The translations under genes were made by a program, and so were the position numbers. The notes beneath the pieces were generated by a model. The model saw nothing but the letters and a program-made list of their open reading frames with translations, was not told the origin of the DNA and ran no database searches. Below are positions 25,590-38,719 of a stretch of DNA of 64,000 nt, piece after piece (position 1 is the stretch's first letter; each line of letters begins with the position of its first letter). Source of the stretch: Rhina ancylostomus (lineage: Eukaryota); contig JARFYF010000017.1 of the NCBI GenBank assembly GCA_030265395.1, forward strand, positions 36,491,509-36,555,508, given 5' to 3'.

Positions 25590-27420
25590 CTATCCCAAGC
25601 CAGTCTTCTGCCAATCTGATTTTGTTCTACAAATTACTAAGTAATGGCTGAGAGCACGTCATTCAGCCAAGGCTATGGGACCAGAAAGCATACAAGCTGT
25701 AATACTGAAGATCCGTACTCCAGAGTAAGATATGCCTTTAGTCAAGCAATTGCAGTACAGTTACAGCACTGGGATTAACCAGACAAAATGGAAAAGCCCC
25801 AAAGTGTCCTATTCATGAAAATCAGGGCCAATCCAATCTGGTTAATACTGTCCAATCAGTTTACTCTCAGTCAACAGTAAAGCGATAAAGGTGATCTTGA
25901 CACTGCTTTTGGGTAGCACTTGTCAATAATCTGCTCACTGATGTGCAGTTTGAGTTTCGCCAAGACCTCTTGGACCCAGACTTCATCACTGCCCTAGTCC
26001 AAGCATGGACCAGAGAGATGAGTTGTGTGATGGAGATAAAGGCAGCATTAGGCTGAGTGTATCATCAAGGAGACCTGGTAAAACTGAAGTCATTCGGCAT
26101 CAAGAGCATAACACTCCAGTGGCTGGAGTCATACCTTATACAAAGAAGGATGATTGAGGTTGATGGAGATCAACCATCTCAACCTCAGAACCACACTGCA
26201 GAGCTCCTCATGGCAGTTCCTAGGACCAGGACCCCTTCCTTCCATCATAAGGTCAGATGTTCACTGATGGTGTCATGGTTCTGAGTTCTGGTCCTCAATT
26301 TGGCTCCATTAATGCCTTGTTGTCCAGCACATGGATTCCANNNNNNNNNNNNNNNNNNNNNNNNNNNNNNNNNNNNNNNNNNNNNNNNNNNNNNNNNNNN
26401 NNNNNNNNNNNNNNNNNNNNNNNNNNNNNNNNNNNNNNNNTGAGTTTGCTCCAGATCAACATTGTGACAGATGGAGACATAAAATACTGCAGATGCTGGA
26501 ATCTGGAGGAACAATGTTTTGGAGGAACTCAGTCCTGATGCAGTCAAAATCTCCTTTCCTCCCACAGACACTGCTCAACCTGCTGAGTTCAAATGAAAAA
26601 GTCCATGCCTGATTAGCAGGACCTAAACAACATTCAGGCATAGATTTATGTGGCATATAACATTCACACTACAAATGTGCCAAGCAATGACCAGAATCTA
26701 ACTACCATCCCCTTTCCATAGTTGTGATTGGCATTGAATGTAGTTGCTCACAATCAATATCCTGTGGGTTCACTACTGACCAGGAGCTCAGCTGGACCAG
26801 TCAGATAAATACCATGGCTACAAGAGCAGGTCAGAGGCTGGGTGTTCTGCAGTGAGTGACTCAGGTCCTGACACCCCAAAATCTTTCTACCATCTGCAAA
26901 GCACAAGCCAAGAGTATAATGAAATACTCTTCACTTGCTTGGGTGAGAACATTTTCAACAACATTCAAGATGCTCAATACCATTCAGGACAAAGCAGCCT
27001 GCTTGACTGGCACCCCATCAACTACCCTAACCATCCATTCCCTCCACCAGTGGTGCATAGTAGCTGCAACATGTATGACCTACAAAATGTACTGCAGTCA
27101 ATCACCCATTCCTCTCCAATAGCACTTCCCAAACCCGAAACCTCTACCAGCTAAAAAGACAAGGGTAGCAGGTACTTGGGAATACCAGCACACACATGTT
27201 CCCCACAGTTCACGCCATTCTGACTTGGAAACCTGCACATTCCTCTACTGTTGCTGAGTCTAAATCCTGGAAGTCCCTCTCCAACAGCACTATGGGAGAG
27301 GCTTCAACAGGAGGATTGCAGCAATGAAGGAGGTGGCTTACCATCAGTTTCTCAAGAGCAACCGGGGATGGGCAATAAATGTTGGTCTTGCTAGCGATGC
27401 CCAGATCTCCAAAAATGATA
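25590..27420 (+). mobile_element. Degenerate CR1-clade LINE (RT region and 3' end) interrupted by an insert at about 26340-26590
   Basis: RT-like remnants: KLKSFGIKSITLQWLESYLIQRRM (26057 ORF) and LSTICKAQAKSIMKYSSLAW..LNTIQDKAACL (26856 ORF). Confidence 0.8.
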
Positions 27421-29879
27421 AAATTAAACAATGACCAAGGAAGTGGAAGGAGAGAAGTGCTCTCAGCAAAGCCCATATTTCCACTCCTCCAGCATCTCCC
27501 GTCACCCCTGGATGTTGATTGAGTGATCCTCCGAACTGGACCTCAGTGAGGAATACTGCCTAGATATTGGATCAATTAGCACTCATTGGTTTATTTATCC
27601 AATGTGTAAAAGTTGATTTTATCTGTTGTGTCAGCAACCATTTCTTGGGGAAATTGCAACAGTCACAAAATTGTGCCAGGAACTTCCAATGCAAATGTGT
27701 TTGGGTAATGAAGATACATTGGGGCATTTAGCCTTTACACAGCCTCAGACACACATCCAACAACGTCACATGTTCAGCATTGCACCTTTTATCCCCGACG
27801 GACTAAAGCTGGACCATCCACCTTGAGAGAAATACTGTTGTTTGATGGTCACAAGAAAACAAGGAAGAAAACCTTCAGACCACCAATGAGGTGTGAGTTA
27901 AAGGATCTCCATTCTGACCTCCATCTTTTGCACACAGCATCTGCCAGCCTTGTTTCCACACTACTGAAGGTAGTTGCAGACTGACCTTTGTTTAGTCCAG
28001 CAATGACTACAGCCTCCTTGTTTTANNNNNNNNNNTTATGTTCATCACTGCATCATACTGCAATCTCTGACTCACTGACTGTACTGTATCTTACAGTGGT
28101 GTGGGGCCACTCTTGGCATGGGACTCCTATAAGGACAGATATTGCACAGCACAGGGTGTGACCAGAAACACTGATCACCATGTCCCCCACTCCCATGATT
28201 TTCTTCGTGTCCACGGCAGCCTTATATACATCTGGTCTGTGTCTGTCATGGGGAGGGCACTATCACTGTGGTCCAAGAGGCACGTTAAGGCTAGAATGGC
28301 AGATTCCTTCTCTGAAAGACTTCAGTGAAACAGAAGCATTTTTACAATATTACTGATGGTAACAAAGACCTCTAAGACTAGCATTGTTTTATTTAATTCT
28401 AGATATAGTTTATAAAGCTACTTAGTTAAACTCCCCAAGTGTTCTGTTGGGATTTGAACTAAGTTCACCAGTACATTAATTCAGGCCTCTGGGTCACCAT
28501 TACAATGGTGTAAGGGCACCAGTTTTTCCTCACAAAAGTGAATCATTCACATAGCTAGTACAGTATTTTATTTTAAACCTTCATCTCCGCTAGTAGTGTC
28601 TGTTCATGGTTTTACTGGTGTTGGCGTACAACAGGAAATATTGTGAAACTGGAACTAGAGAAAATTAAAATAGTACATTTTGAAAGGAATCTGAATTCAT
28701 GTCAAAAATCTTTAAATCTTTCCTGCTCTAGGAAGAAGGAATCGTCGAGATATTGATTGCCGTATGTCTTGGCATCAGGAATGTTGTTTCTGCACTCCAG
28801 TCTCCTAATGTTAATGTGAGTATACTGGGACCAGCAGCTAGAGTCAGAGAAGACGATCAGGAGATGAGTAACTCAAAAATTAGATGTTCCCTAGAATGGA
28901 CATTGGTTGGATAATTGCAGAAGGACAGGTTCAACTGGCAGGACAGACCAACCAGAGGTGATGGGCTAAGAGGCCTCAACATTGACTCTGAGTTTTGACC
29001 ATGTCCAAGACAGGCAGAGTACATTTTAATAATTTCTTCTCAGATCCACTTTGAAATTCTGAAGGTCTATTGCAAGGGACAAGTCAGACTGTTCACACTG
29101 TGTCACTAAATATTTACTTGTTCAGTCGTATTTGCACTCTGATATTAATCAGAACTTTCAGTACAATGAGTTTCAATAACTTTTTTCCTGGGGTTCGTAA
29201 CTCTGTTTGCCCATAGGTCGGTTCCATTAGATCCAGGCACCATTCACACCTGGTTAGCACCAGCCTGAGCAGTCCGCAGCAGAGAAGAGAGAGTTATATG
29301 TAGTAAGAGCCCTGATGTGGGAGATCAGCACCAAGCAATCACTGCAAGCTGATCGGCTTATATTTACTTAAGATATGTGTAGTAATTCAAATCACAAGTC
29401 AAAGCCACAACAAACCTAACAGAAATGCTGCATTTTGGTGCAGGTATACAGTTTTCTCTGATGTATGATAAATTTGCACTAGAGATCTATATGAGTTCAT
29501 TTGGTTTCAAGGTTAGCCTATGTATTATCCATGGCAAGTTCCTGGTCTGAATTAGGAATGTCCTGGGAATTAAGTCATCAAGAGTTGAAAACAGTGTTTA
29601 GTCATTACTCTTATAGGGTCTTAATGCAATTTAAAACATTTCAAACAGCCTCAAAACTGTATTGAAAGCTTTGTACAGTTTGACAGTGTGAAGGGCATTG
29701 CTGTAACACGTAGAAGAATAGATTACGAATGCCATATAGAGCTTTCTGTCACTCTGTTAGCACTTCTAGACTGAATGCTAATCCTTCAGAAACAGTTTTC
29801 ATCAAATTTCACATTAGGGCAGACTTCCTTACTCCCACTTCACACAGGAATTGCGTCTTTTTGTTTTGTTTTCATTATT

Positions 29880-30480
29880 TATTCAAGAGGTGTGGACTTC
29901 ACAGGCTGAGACGACATTTAATTGCCCATCCCTAGTTGCCCTTGAGAAGGGGTGAGCTTCTTTCTTGAACTGATGCAGTCCTTGATATGTGGTATACCCA
30001 CAGTGTTGTTAGGGAAGGAGTTCCAGGGCTCTCCAAGTCAGAATGGTACATGGTTTGGAGAGCAACTTCCAGGTGGTGGTCTTCCCATGCCTTTGCTGCC
30101 CTTGACCTTTGAGCTGGTAGAAGTTGTGGGCGTGGAAGATGCTATATAAGCAGTGCATCCTGTAAATGGTACAAACCGCTGCTACCACGCATTGGTGGTG
30201 AAGTCAGTGAATGGTGGTGGATGGGGTGCTTATCAAGCAGGCTGCTATGTTCTGTATGGTGTTGAGCCACCTGAGTGTTGTTGAAGCTGCACTCATGCAG
30301 GCAGTGGAGAGTGTTCCATCTCACTCCTGAATTAAGCCTCGTGGATGGTGAACAGGCTTTCGGGAGTTAGGTGGTGAGTTACTCGCCAGAGGATTTCCAG
30401 CCTCTGACCTGTTCTTGCAGTCACATTGTGTACATGGCTATTCCAGTTCAAGTTCTGTTCAGTTGCAACTCCCAGGATAT
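29880..30480 (-). mobile_element. CR1-clade LINE fragment, same family as 25590-27420
   Basis: ATTGCCCATCCCTAGTTGCCCTTGAGAAGG is the reverse complement of the tail near 27350-27380. Confidence 0.75.
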
Positions 30481-31115
30481 TAGAACTCAGGACATAGAAC
30501 AGTACAGCACAGGAACAGGCCCTTCAGCCCATGATATGGTGCCGAACTAATTAAATTAGTANNNNNNNNNNNNNNNNNNNNNNNNNNNNNNNNNNNNNNN
30601 NNNNNNNNNNNNNNNNNNNNNNNNNNNNNNNNNNNNNNNNNNNNNNNNNNNNNNNNNNNNNNNNNNNNAATGCCTCTATCGTATCTGCCTCCACCACCAC
30701 CCCTGGCAGCACATTCCAGGCACCCACCACTCTCTGTGTAAAAACTTGCCCCACACATCTCTGAACTTACCCCTTCTCACAAATGCATGCTCTCTAGTAT
30801 CATTTCAATCCTGGGAAAAAGATACCAGCTGTCTACTCTATCTCTGCCTCTCATATTCTAATAAACTTCAGTCAGGTCTCCCCTCAGCCTCTGCTCTAGA
30901 GGAAACAGCCCAGGTATGTCCAACCTCTCCTTATAGCACATGCCCTCTAGTCCAGGCAGCATCTTGGTAAACCTCTTCTGCACCCTCTCCAAAGCCGCCA
31001 TGTCTTTCTTATAATAGGGTGACCAGAATTGAATGCAATACTGATGTGGCCCAACTAGATTTTTATAAAGCTGCAACATAATTTCCCAACTCTTGAACTC
31101 AATGCGTCAACTAAT
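30481..31115 (-). mobile_element. Younger CR1 LINE 3' end nested in the older LINE
   Basis: MLQLYKNLVGPHQYCIQFWSPYYKKDMAALERVQKRFTKMLPGL and FTQRVVGAWNVLP are CR1 ORF2 C-terminal motifs. Confidence 0.9.
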
Positions 31116-32399
31116 ATTGATAGTGGAATACACTGCCTTTGAAATGATAGAAGCTAGTTCAGTAGGAATGTGCAAATGAAAAACGGGCATATATTCAAAA
31201 AGGACAAATCTAAAAGGTGGATTGGATGTGGGGGAAACTGGATCACTCTGTAAAAGAGGTTGTGCAGATACAATGGGCCAAATGGCATCCTTCTGCTGTT
31301 AGCGATCCTATGATCATTGTGTCTCAGTCTCCCCTTGTGTGCAGGTGGGTGTCCTTTTGACTTTTTTCCTCAGCAAAACTCCACAAAATTTCACAGACTG
31401 TCATACAGAAGCTTTGAGATGGCACAGAGCTCAGTGACTTGCTGAGATCAGCTGTGTTTTTGTTGCTTTATTCTTTACTGCACTTCCTCTACCTTTTTTG
31501 AATCCATTGTACTTCTTCGAAGCATTATGGGTCTGATAGATAAATATCTCCTTATGTTCATAATGTTTATAGTTCAATTAAAATAGCTTGTAACCTGAGC
31601 TGTTGGCAGTTTAGCTAAGTGCTGTGAAGTTCCTATTTATTGCAGGGCAAATGATAAATCAAAGGGCACTAATTCCATTGCTGGCCTGACTTTCTCACAT
31701 GTTGATATATGTAATAGCAAATAAAATGAGCTACAAAGAGGACCTGTGAATTTTATTAATAGATCAACCATGAGAAATATAATTGAATGAGAAATCAATT
31801 TTATTTTCTAATGAGGATTTCCATTTCTGCAGGAAAAGCTCAGTGCTTTGTTTGCTCAATGATAATATTCTGTGTGCAAGTGTAAACTAAGTAAGTGAAG
31901 GAACGATGGCCTTTCGATGGGTCAGTGGTTAAGTGTACTGTACTGTGGTGGTCAGCTCTGACAGGAGGGAACCTAATTTTGACTAAGTTATTCAAACGTG
32001 GATAAGGTAACAATGTGGATATTACAGCTGACACCTCAATCCCAAGAAGGAAGCACAGATTGGACAACACACATTTGTTGGCTATCTTGCAACCCTTTCT
32101 GAAAGTGCACCTATTTGGATGTGGGGTGAGTACAATATTAAGCTGATTTATGATGCCATCACAGCCAATAAGCTGGTGTTGTTCACTAACCAGGCTTTCA
32201 CAATGTTTGGAGAAGTCAAGACAATACAGTTTTGAAAGGAGCTATCCTGCTTATGCAAATGAATTAAAAAGCATGGTAAAATGTAAAAAATCTAAAATTC
32301 AGAAAGTCGAGAAACAGCTGTGGTGAAAGAAACAAAATTAACATTTTGGGTCAATGACCTTTCAACAGAATTGAGGGAATGTTAGAAATAATACAAAGA

Positions 32400-33100
32400 C
32401 CCAACTATTTCCCCCTCCACCAGCACCCCACTTTGCTTGGCTGAACTCATTCTCCACCCTGAGCAGCTTCTCCCTTAAGTCCACACAATTCCTCAAGATT
32501 CAATGTGGGAATCTTCATGGTCCAAGCTATTGCCGGTCTCATTGTGGGAGATGTGGAACACTCCCAGTCCCGCTCTAGCCCCTTTCCCCAAATCTTTTTC
32601 CAATACATTGATGCTGCTTCCTGCTCTTGGACTGAATTTGAATAATTTGTTCACCTTTGCTGCCGGTTTCCATCTCTGACTTCTCCCGCCCCCCTCTCTC
32701 AACTTCTCCATCTCTGATTCAGGGATGGGTTTGGTGGCCAATATCCATTGAAGACCATGGACTCCCAACCACATGTCCTAACACCCTACTTCCATTCTCC
32801 CAGCCCTTCTGTCTCTGTCACATTTGTTCTGATGATGCCTTCCACACCAGTGCTTCTGAGATGTCTTCCTTTTCTCTTGATGGTGGTTTACCTCTCCCTT
32901 TGTTCACAGGGCTCTCAACTGCACCTATTCCACTTCCTGCACTCCTAACCTTGTCCGTCCCCTTCCATCCACAACAAGGATAGGGTTTCCCTAGTCCTCA
33001 CCTTCTATCTCACCAGCCTCCGCATTCAATGGATCATCCTCTGTAATTTCTGACACCGCCGATATGATAACACCACCTGATCCACCTTTCCCATCCCTTC
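32400..33100 (+). mobile_element. Penelope-like element, RT fragment
   Basis: Frameshifted remnants resembling LAEL.LTL..FS / FLQ..G..MGPSYA.L.VG / P..F..YIDD / F..FA..FHP, then GATGATGCCTTCCACACC and GATAGGGTTTCCCTAGTCCTCACCTT. Confidence 0.75.
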
Positions 33101-35024
33101 TGGTCAAATGAAATCTGAAATAAAATCAGAAAAAAATGAAATTGCTGTTATTCATTTTACTGCTCGACATACTGTACATCAAATAATTGAAGTTTTCTTG
33201 CCTAAAAATCCAGTTACTGAATTGTTTATTTTCAGCATTATGATACCGAAATTGAAATTTTTCCCTCCACAGTGAAACTTCATAATTACCATTTCACTGT
33301 GGGGTACAGTGAGGCTGAGTCACAGCCTCAGTCCTGACACAATTTCCACATCAGTAATTCGCAAAGACATAATTCCCCAGATACACTCCTTTTGGTGTGT
33401 TGAAGGAGTCTTTAGTTGTCCTAGGCATGACCGTAATATCTCTCTCTCTCTCTTCCCCCCCCCAACACCACCCACCCATCCCCCAACATGCCCTTGGTCT
33501 TGGGTATCCCACATCCAAATACAAAAAAGTGCAACACTTTGTAAACTACTGACAGAGAATTTTAATGATGGTACTTCTTAAATAGAACCTCACTGTTTTC
33601 TTATCATTATTGAGAAAGGTGTAGATGGATTATGAAAACAGCACTGACAAAATTCCTCGGGGAAAATGATGCTTCTCAATATCATCTGCACAACAGGCTT
33701 CTGGATGATGCATTGCTGCTCCATGGTGCTAATTCCCAATATCAGTAAACTGGGAGTTGAGATATGGAACATAAGTTGCAGATCAACACTCTGCCGAAGT
33801 GCAACTTTATTTTCATAGAGCTCTACCAGAGGACATGTTCCTGAATGTTACTCAGGCAGGCGGTTGCATCTTAGATCTATCGATATGCTTTAAGGACACA
33901 ACAGGCCAGACTCTGTCACTTCTCAAACAACATGTTGTGGTCTGAAATTAAATTATTCACCGTGCATATTAATCACCAAAGGTGCTTTTGTACAAAGCCT
34001 GGGGTTAGTATTGATTGTGAGGTGAATAAAAATTGTTTAAAAAAAACAAAGCCAGCATATGCCTATATTTTGAAACACAATGCAGCAGTCGGTAGGTAAT
34101 TGCAATGATATAGATTAGGTGGCTCTGCTTGTGCGTTAATTATAGGCTTCACAACCTTGATATTCCTGAGGCTATTGTGGAACCTGCTGTCATGTCACCT
34201 AGGGCACTGACTGTAAAAGCTCGCCTGGAACCTTACTTTGTTGCACCTTGTCACCTTAAAACTACTTTTTAAGGAAACAGTTAAAACCATTTTGTTTTAA
34301 AAATATTGTCATAAACAAGACATTGATTGGCAGAGATGTTCAAAGTTATGGGAATTGCTAACAATGTAAATCAGAGAAACTATTTTTCTTGGCATCAGTA
34401 ACCCGAGAGCAAAGATTTAAGGTCATTACTGAAAGCACATTGAGGGAGGTTAGGAGATTTTATTTTACACAGACATTTGGCACTTGTTGTAAAAATGCTA
34501 GAATGCCATAATGATGCTTTATAAAGGGGATGTGGGTAAAAAGTTGAAAATGAAAGAAAGAGGACATGTTGGGCTGAAGGGCCTGCTTCTGTGCTGTCTG
34601 ACTCTGTAACGAAAGTTGAAAGGTGTGGGAGTAACACAGGCAGGGGAACAGGTCAGAGAGATTCTCCGACATTCAACGTAGCCATCAGGGTTAAACAGCC
34701 AGTTTCTGCACTGTAGTCTTCTAAAATGGGGTAAAATTCAGCTTTGAGAATGCATGAACAAGTAGACCCATTGCCTGTATGGAGCCAGTCCTATCCTTTC
34801 CATTGACTTCAAATTGGACAAGTTGTGTAATGGGGCACAGGTCCATTCCCCCCCATTTACACCCCTACTAAAGATGTTATCCCTTGGATAATAGCAACAG
34901 AACCAAGGCTTCCACAGACACTCTGGCAATATAAAATAAGCAGTAATAGAATGACTCTGCAGTAAGGCTGCAGATTTCACCAGGGGTCAAATCTTCAGAT
35001 TTCAAATAATGCGTTAAATATGAA

Positions 35025-35335
35025 CTGTCAGCTGTGCTGCAGTTGATTGCACCCTTAAAGTCGGAAGGTTGTGAATTCAATTCCCAAGCCAGAGACATGA
35101 CAACCAAAATTTAGATTGACACTTCATCTGCAGTATTGAGGGAGAGCTACATTGTTACATCTGCCTTTCAGATAAAATGTTATTCTGAGGGCTTGTTTAT
35201 TTTTTAATGTAGATGTATTCTAACCAATGTTTATCCCTCAATCAACATCAGAAGATATTTGGTAATGCTGTGTGCAAACTGGTTGAAGTACTTCCTATAT
35301 TGGAATATTGACTGCATGTCAAAAGTACGCCCTTT
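35025..35335 (+). mobile_element. Ancient DeuSINE (SacSINE1/AmnSINE-related)
   Basis: tRNA-like head GCTGTG..CAGTTG..GAAGGTTGTGAATTCAA, then GACAC..TGCAGTATTGAGGGAG, TTTATCCCTCAATCAACATCA and GCTGTGTGCAAACTGG, collinear with the consensus as I recall it. Confidence 0.75.
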
Positions 35336-35349
35336 CCTATAAATGTTTG

Positions 35350-35645
35350 GAGACACAAGAGACTGCAGATGCTGGCATCTGAAGCAATAACTAAACTGTT
35401 GGAAGAACTTAGTGGGTCAAGAAACACTTGTGGAGGCAAAGGGATGGTCAACGTTTTGATTAGAACCCAGCATTAGGACCGAGAGTTTAGAGGAAAGATA
35501 GTCAGTATATTGAAGACATCTAAATACTTGCTACCTTCCCTGCACACTCTCAGTCCAGATGCAAGGTCCCGAGATGTCCACCATTTCTTTGCCTTCACAG
35601 ATGCTGTTTGACTCACTGAGTACTTCCAGCAGTTTATTTTTTGGC
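35350..35645. mobile_element. Penelope-derived short element with inverted arms
   Basis: GAGACACAAGAGACTGCAGATGCTGG..GGAAGAACTTAGTGGGTCA at the left, inverted as CACAGATGCTGTTTGACTCACTGAGTACTTCCAGCA at the right. Confidence 0.65.
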
Positions 35646-36377
35646 TGTAAATGTTTAGTGACTTTACAAGAGAGTCACAATGTGAAGACAAATATTTATT
35701 CTCTGTAAATGGAAAATGAATACAATATCGAAAAGAAAAATGATTGAAACAACTGGAGGCAGAAATACCTTGAATAAGAATAAGGTTTGATAGTTGCAAA
35801 GGAGTGCTGAGAGCAAGTCTAAGGTTGGGAAATCAGTCACTTCAGTTCATTCACTGACAGGCAGAGGTTAATACAGTCACCAAGTTAAATGATCAGAGGT
35901 TTTTATTGTATAGTCCACCAAATGACACCAATATCAGTTTCAATATGGAGACATTTCTGTCAACTCACAAACCTATCCACATCAGTGTAAAGAAAAAGTT
36001 ATAAAGTGAGGACATTTTATATGGACAGGGGAAGGTAGTACAGTTCTGGCACAGATGTCTAAATCATGCACTGGAGTACCTCCAAGGCAACATCCATATA
36101 ACAGGATAGGTGCCAAATTCAACAATATTAAACTGGGATATAGGTGAGCTGTTTCCGCAGATATATTAACTGGCAGTGATAATTTCTTGAGGCTATGAAT
36201 CAATTTTCATTTTTAACTCTTGGTTTGGAGCAATGGAGTCTATTCAGCATTGAGTGTTTAATACTTAATTCACATTTTTATCATAGGGTATGGTGGCCTT
36301 GATTTTCCTTTGATCATCACCATTGACTTCCTATGAAGAACAGTGGGACCTGGTCAGATGTTGACTCAGTTTGGGTG

Positions 36378-36946
36378 ATGAGTGGCAAAGATACAGGATG
36401 TAAAGTGTTTGGAGTCTTCCCATGGTTGTCCAGTAAATTGACCTTGAGTAGCCCATCCAGAAGCTCTGTGTACAGAAGTGTCTTCTCTTATTCCTACAGG
36501 AGGACGAACCACCATTGTCCCAGGTCATGGCTGCCAAAGAGTCCAAAGCAATTAGGACCAACAATTCCAGGGACTGAACAACCGACAAAGTCCGTCACCT
36601 GAGGCAGGAGAACAAGTTACAGGAGCCCAATGATTTTCTGAAGCAAAAGCAGACTGAGCTATCCCACCTGAACCAGGTTTATGAGCAGAGGATCTGCTCC
36701 AAGGTGGAGGAGCTGAGGCAGCAGAGGAATCAACTCCAACTGGACTGTGGACAGCTGGTGATGTGACTGCACAAACTCAAAGATGGGCATGGCCAGGAGC
36801 TCCAACAGTGCAAACAGGCTAATCTGTGTCACAGGAAAGACATTAACAATGCCACCTTGGCAAGGCTGGAGCAAGAGAAGAAAGCATTCATGAAGGTTCA
36901 CCAAGAGGACTCGACTGATTTGCCTGCAGCACTGAGGGTGACCAAG
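36378..36946 (+). pseudogene. Decayed type IV neuronal intermediate filament gene (XNIF/alpha-internexin-like), head plus coil 1A/1B
   Basis: Head reads MSGKDTGCKVFGVFPWLSSKLTLSSPSRSSVYRS. Rod, across frameshifts: IRTN..QFQGLNNR..DKVRHLRQENKLQE..LKQKQTELSHLNQVYEQRI..KVEELRQQRNQLQLD..*LHKLK..RKDINNATLARLEQEKKAFMKVHQED. Has an in-frame TGA and several deletions. Confidence 0.85.
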
Positions 36947-38719
36947 GTAGATTATACATTAAAGATGAAATGATCCAGCAGGCTATCAGAACATGGATGT
37001 AAAATATAGGTTTAAAATGCTTGCCAACTTCTACAAGGCAATTGTTGTATCTGTCCTCCACTCCCCATAAAGTCTACGGGGTTGCAGTGACAAGGGATTG
37101 CAGTAAAGCAGTGCTCTCAGTTCCTGCAGCATTTCAATGACTTGGGAGGGTTCTGTCTCTATTTTTGCAATGTGGTAGGATTCAGTTTCCAATAAAATAT
37201 ACTATCATTCTGCATTGGAAATAACTCAGAGGTGCTGTGTGCCATCTGATCACAGTACCAAACTTGCGTCAGGATACTCTATCAAATCATTATTGCATGA
37301 ACTATGCTACTTACCATTTTTCTTGCTAAAAGAGTCTCATTGAATATAGTAGATTCATTTTATTTTGGTTTGCATTGCTTTATTTTCAATGCAAGTTTAG
37401 AAATACGAACACAACAAAAGTAACAGTGAACAGTAATGGAATGTTGTGTATTATATTGTAATTGCTTCCTGACACCACAATACACTTTTAAGTTTACTTT
37501 CAATGTTGTTTAACATGCATTTCACCACAACAAACACAAGCCACAGTTTAAGCAAATAAGATAATTTTCAGATAAGTACATTTAATGACCATTTTAGTCC
37601 TTATGCTCAATATTGAACTTTCAATCCAAAAGGAATTAAAATGACATTGAATATTTGAAATTAAAAATATAAAGGCCACAAACAGATATTGTACATTCAT
37701 ATTTTAGAACTTTTTGCCTGGATGTTAACTGCATCATTTTCAAAATTTTTTTAAAGTTTTCAGTGTTTAAATGGGGTCATTCTAAAGAAACAACTGGGAA
37801 GTGGCGGTGCAGAGTCAGTGAATTGGTATGTCACTCAACCTGATTCATTGCTGACCCTGAGCTGCAGGTACACTGTGCAGGCTACCACCATTCCCATTTT
37901 CTGAAATGCATTGTTGGCTGTTCATAATGAGTCCTACTTTCTGAATAACGGAAGGCTCAATGATAATAATGCTGTCAGTACTATCACTGTACTAAATTAA
38001 AACACAATTAGCCTCACTTAATGCTTGTCTCTATAAACCAAAAGCACCAATATGGAAATTTATTGCCCATTAATCGTTCATTTTTAACAGCAAAAACAAC
38101 ATTTTTGGGTCAATGGATATTCGGAAGCCTGAGTTAACCAAGAACCCCTTTAGAACCGATCACATCATTACATGTTGACTTCTGCAACTTGAAATAACAT
38201 ATTAACATATTAAACATCAGGACAGCTAGAAGAAATCAACAATAGACCTGTAAGGAATTGATGATCCCTTTGAATAGAACTGGGGTGTCCTTACTACTGA
38301 TTAATACATGCTCATCTGTACGTGTTTAAGACAAGGTGACAGCACTAGTGTCAAATTAGCATTGTGCATTGGCGTCATGATGTGTCTACTCTTCAATATT
38401 CTGGTGGATGTTCACAATGGGATGTTCTTCCCATTTGTGAGCATATGGCATTCAGCACAATGTGGTTGACAGTTAACTGTCTCCACAGTTTACGGCACTT
38501 TAGGGATGTTCAAATAACTGCCAGTCTTGCCAGCAACAACCACATTGCATGATAAAAGATATTTAAAAAAACCCTATTGTCATGGATCACCAATGGTCAA
38601 GAAGTTTGGGCTGAGAAACTGGGTTGATGATGTCCACGATTCAGTTTCAGCTGCACGATCTATTGGCTCATTCCAAACACAAGGAGTTACGTGACCGGAG
38701 GCTAAAGTTCTGCCAGGGG

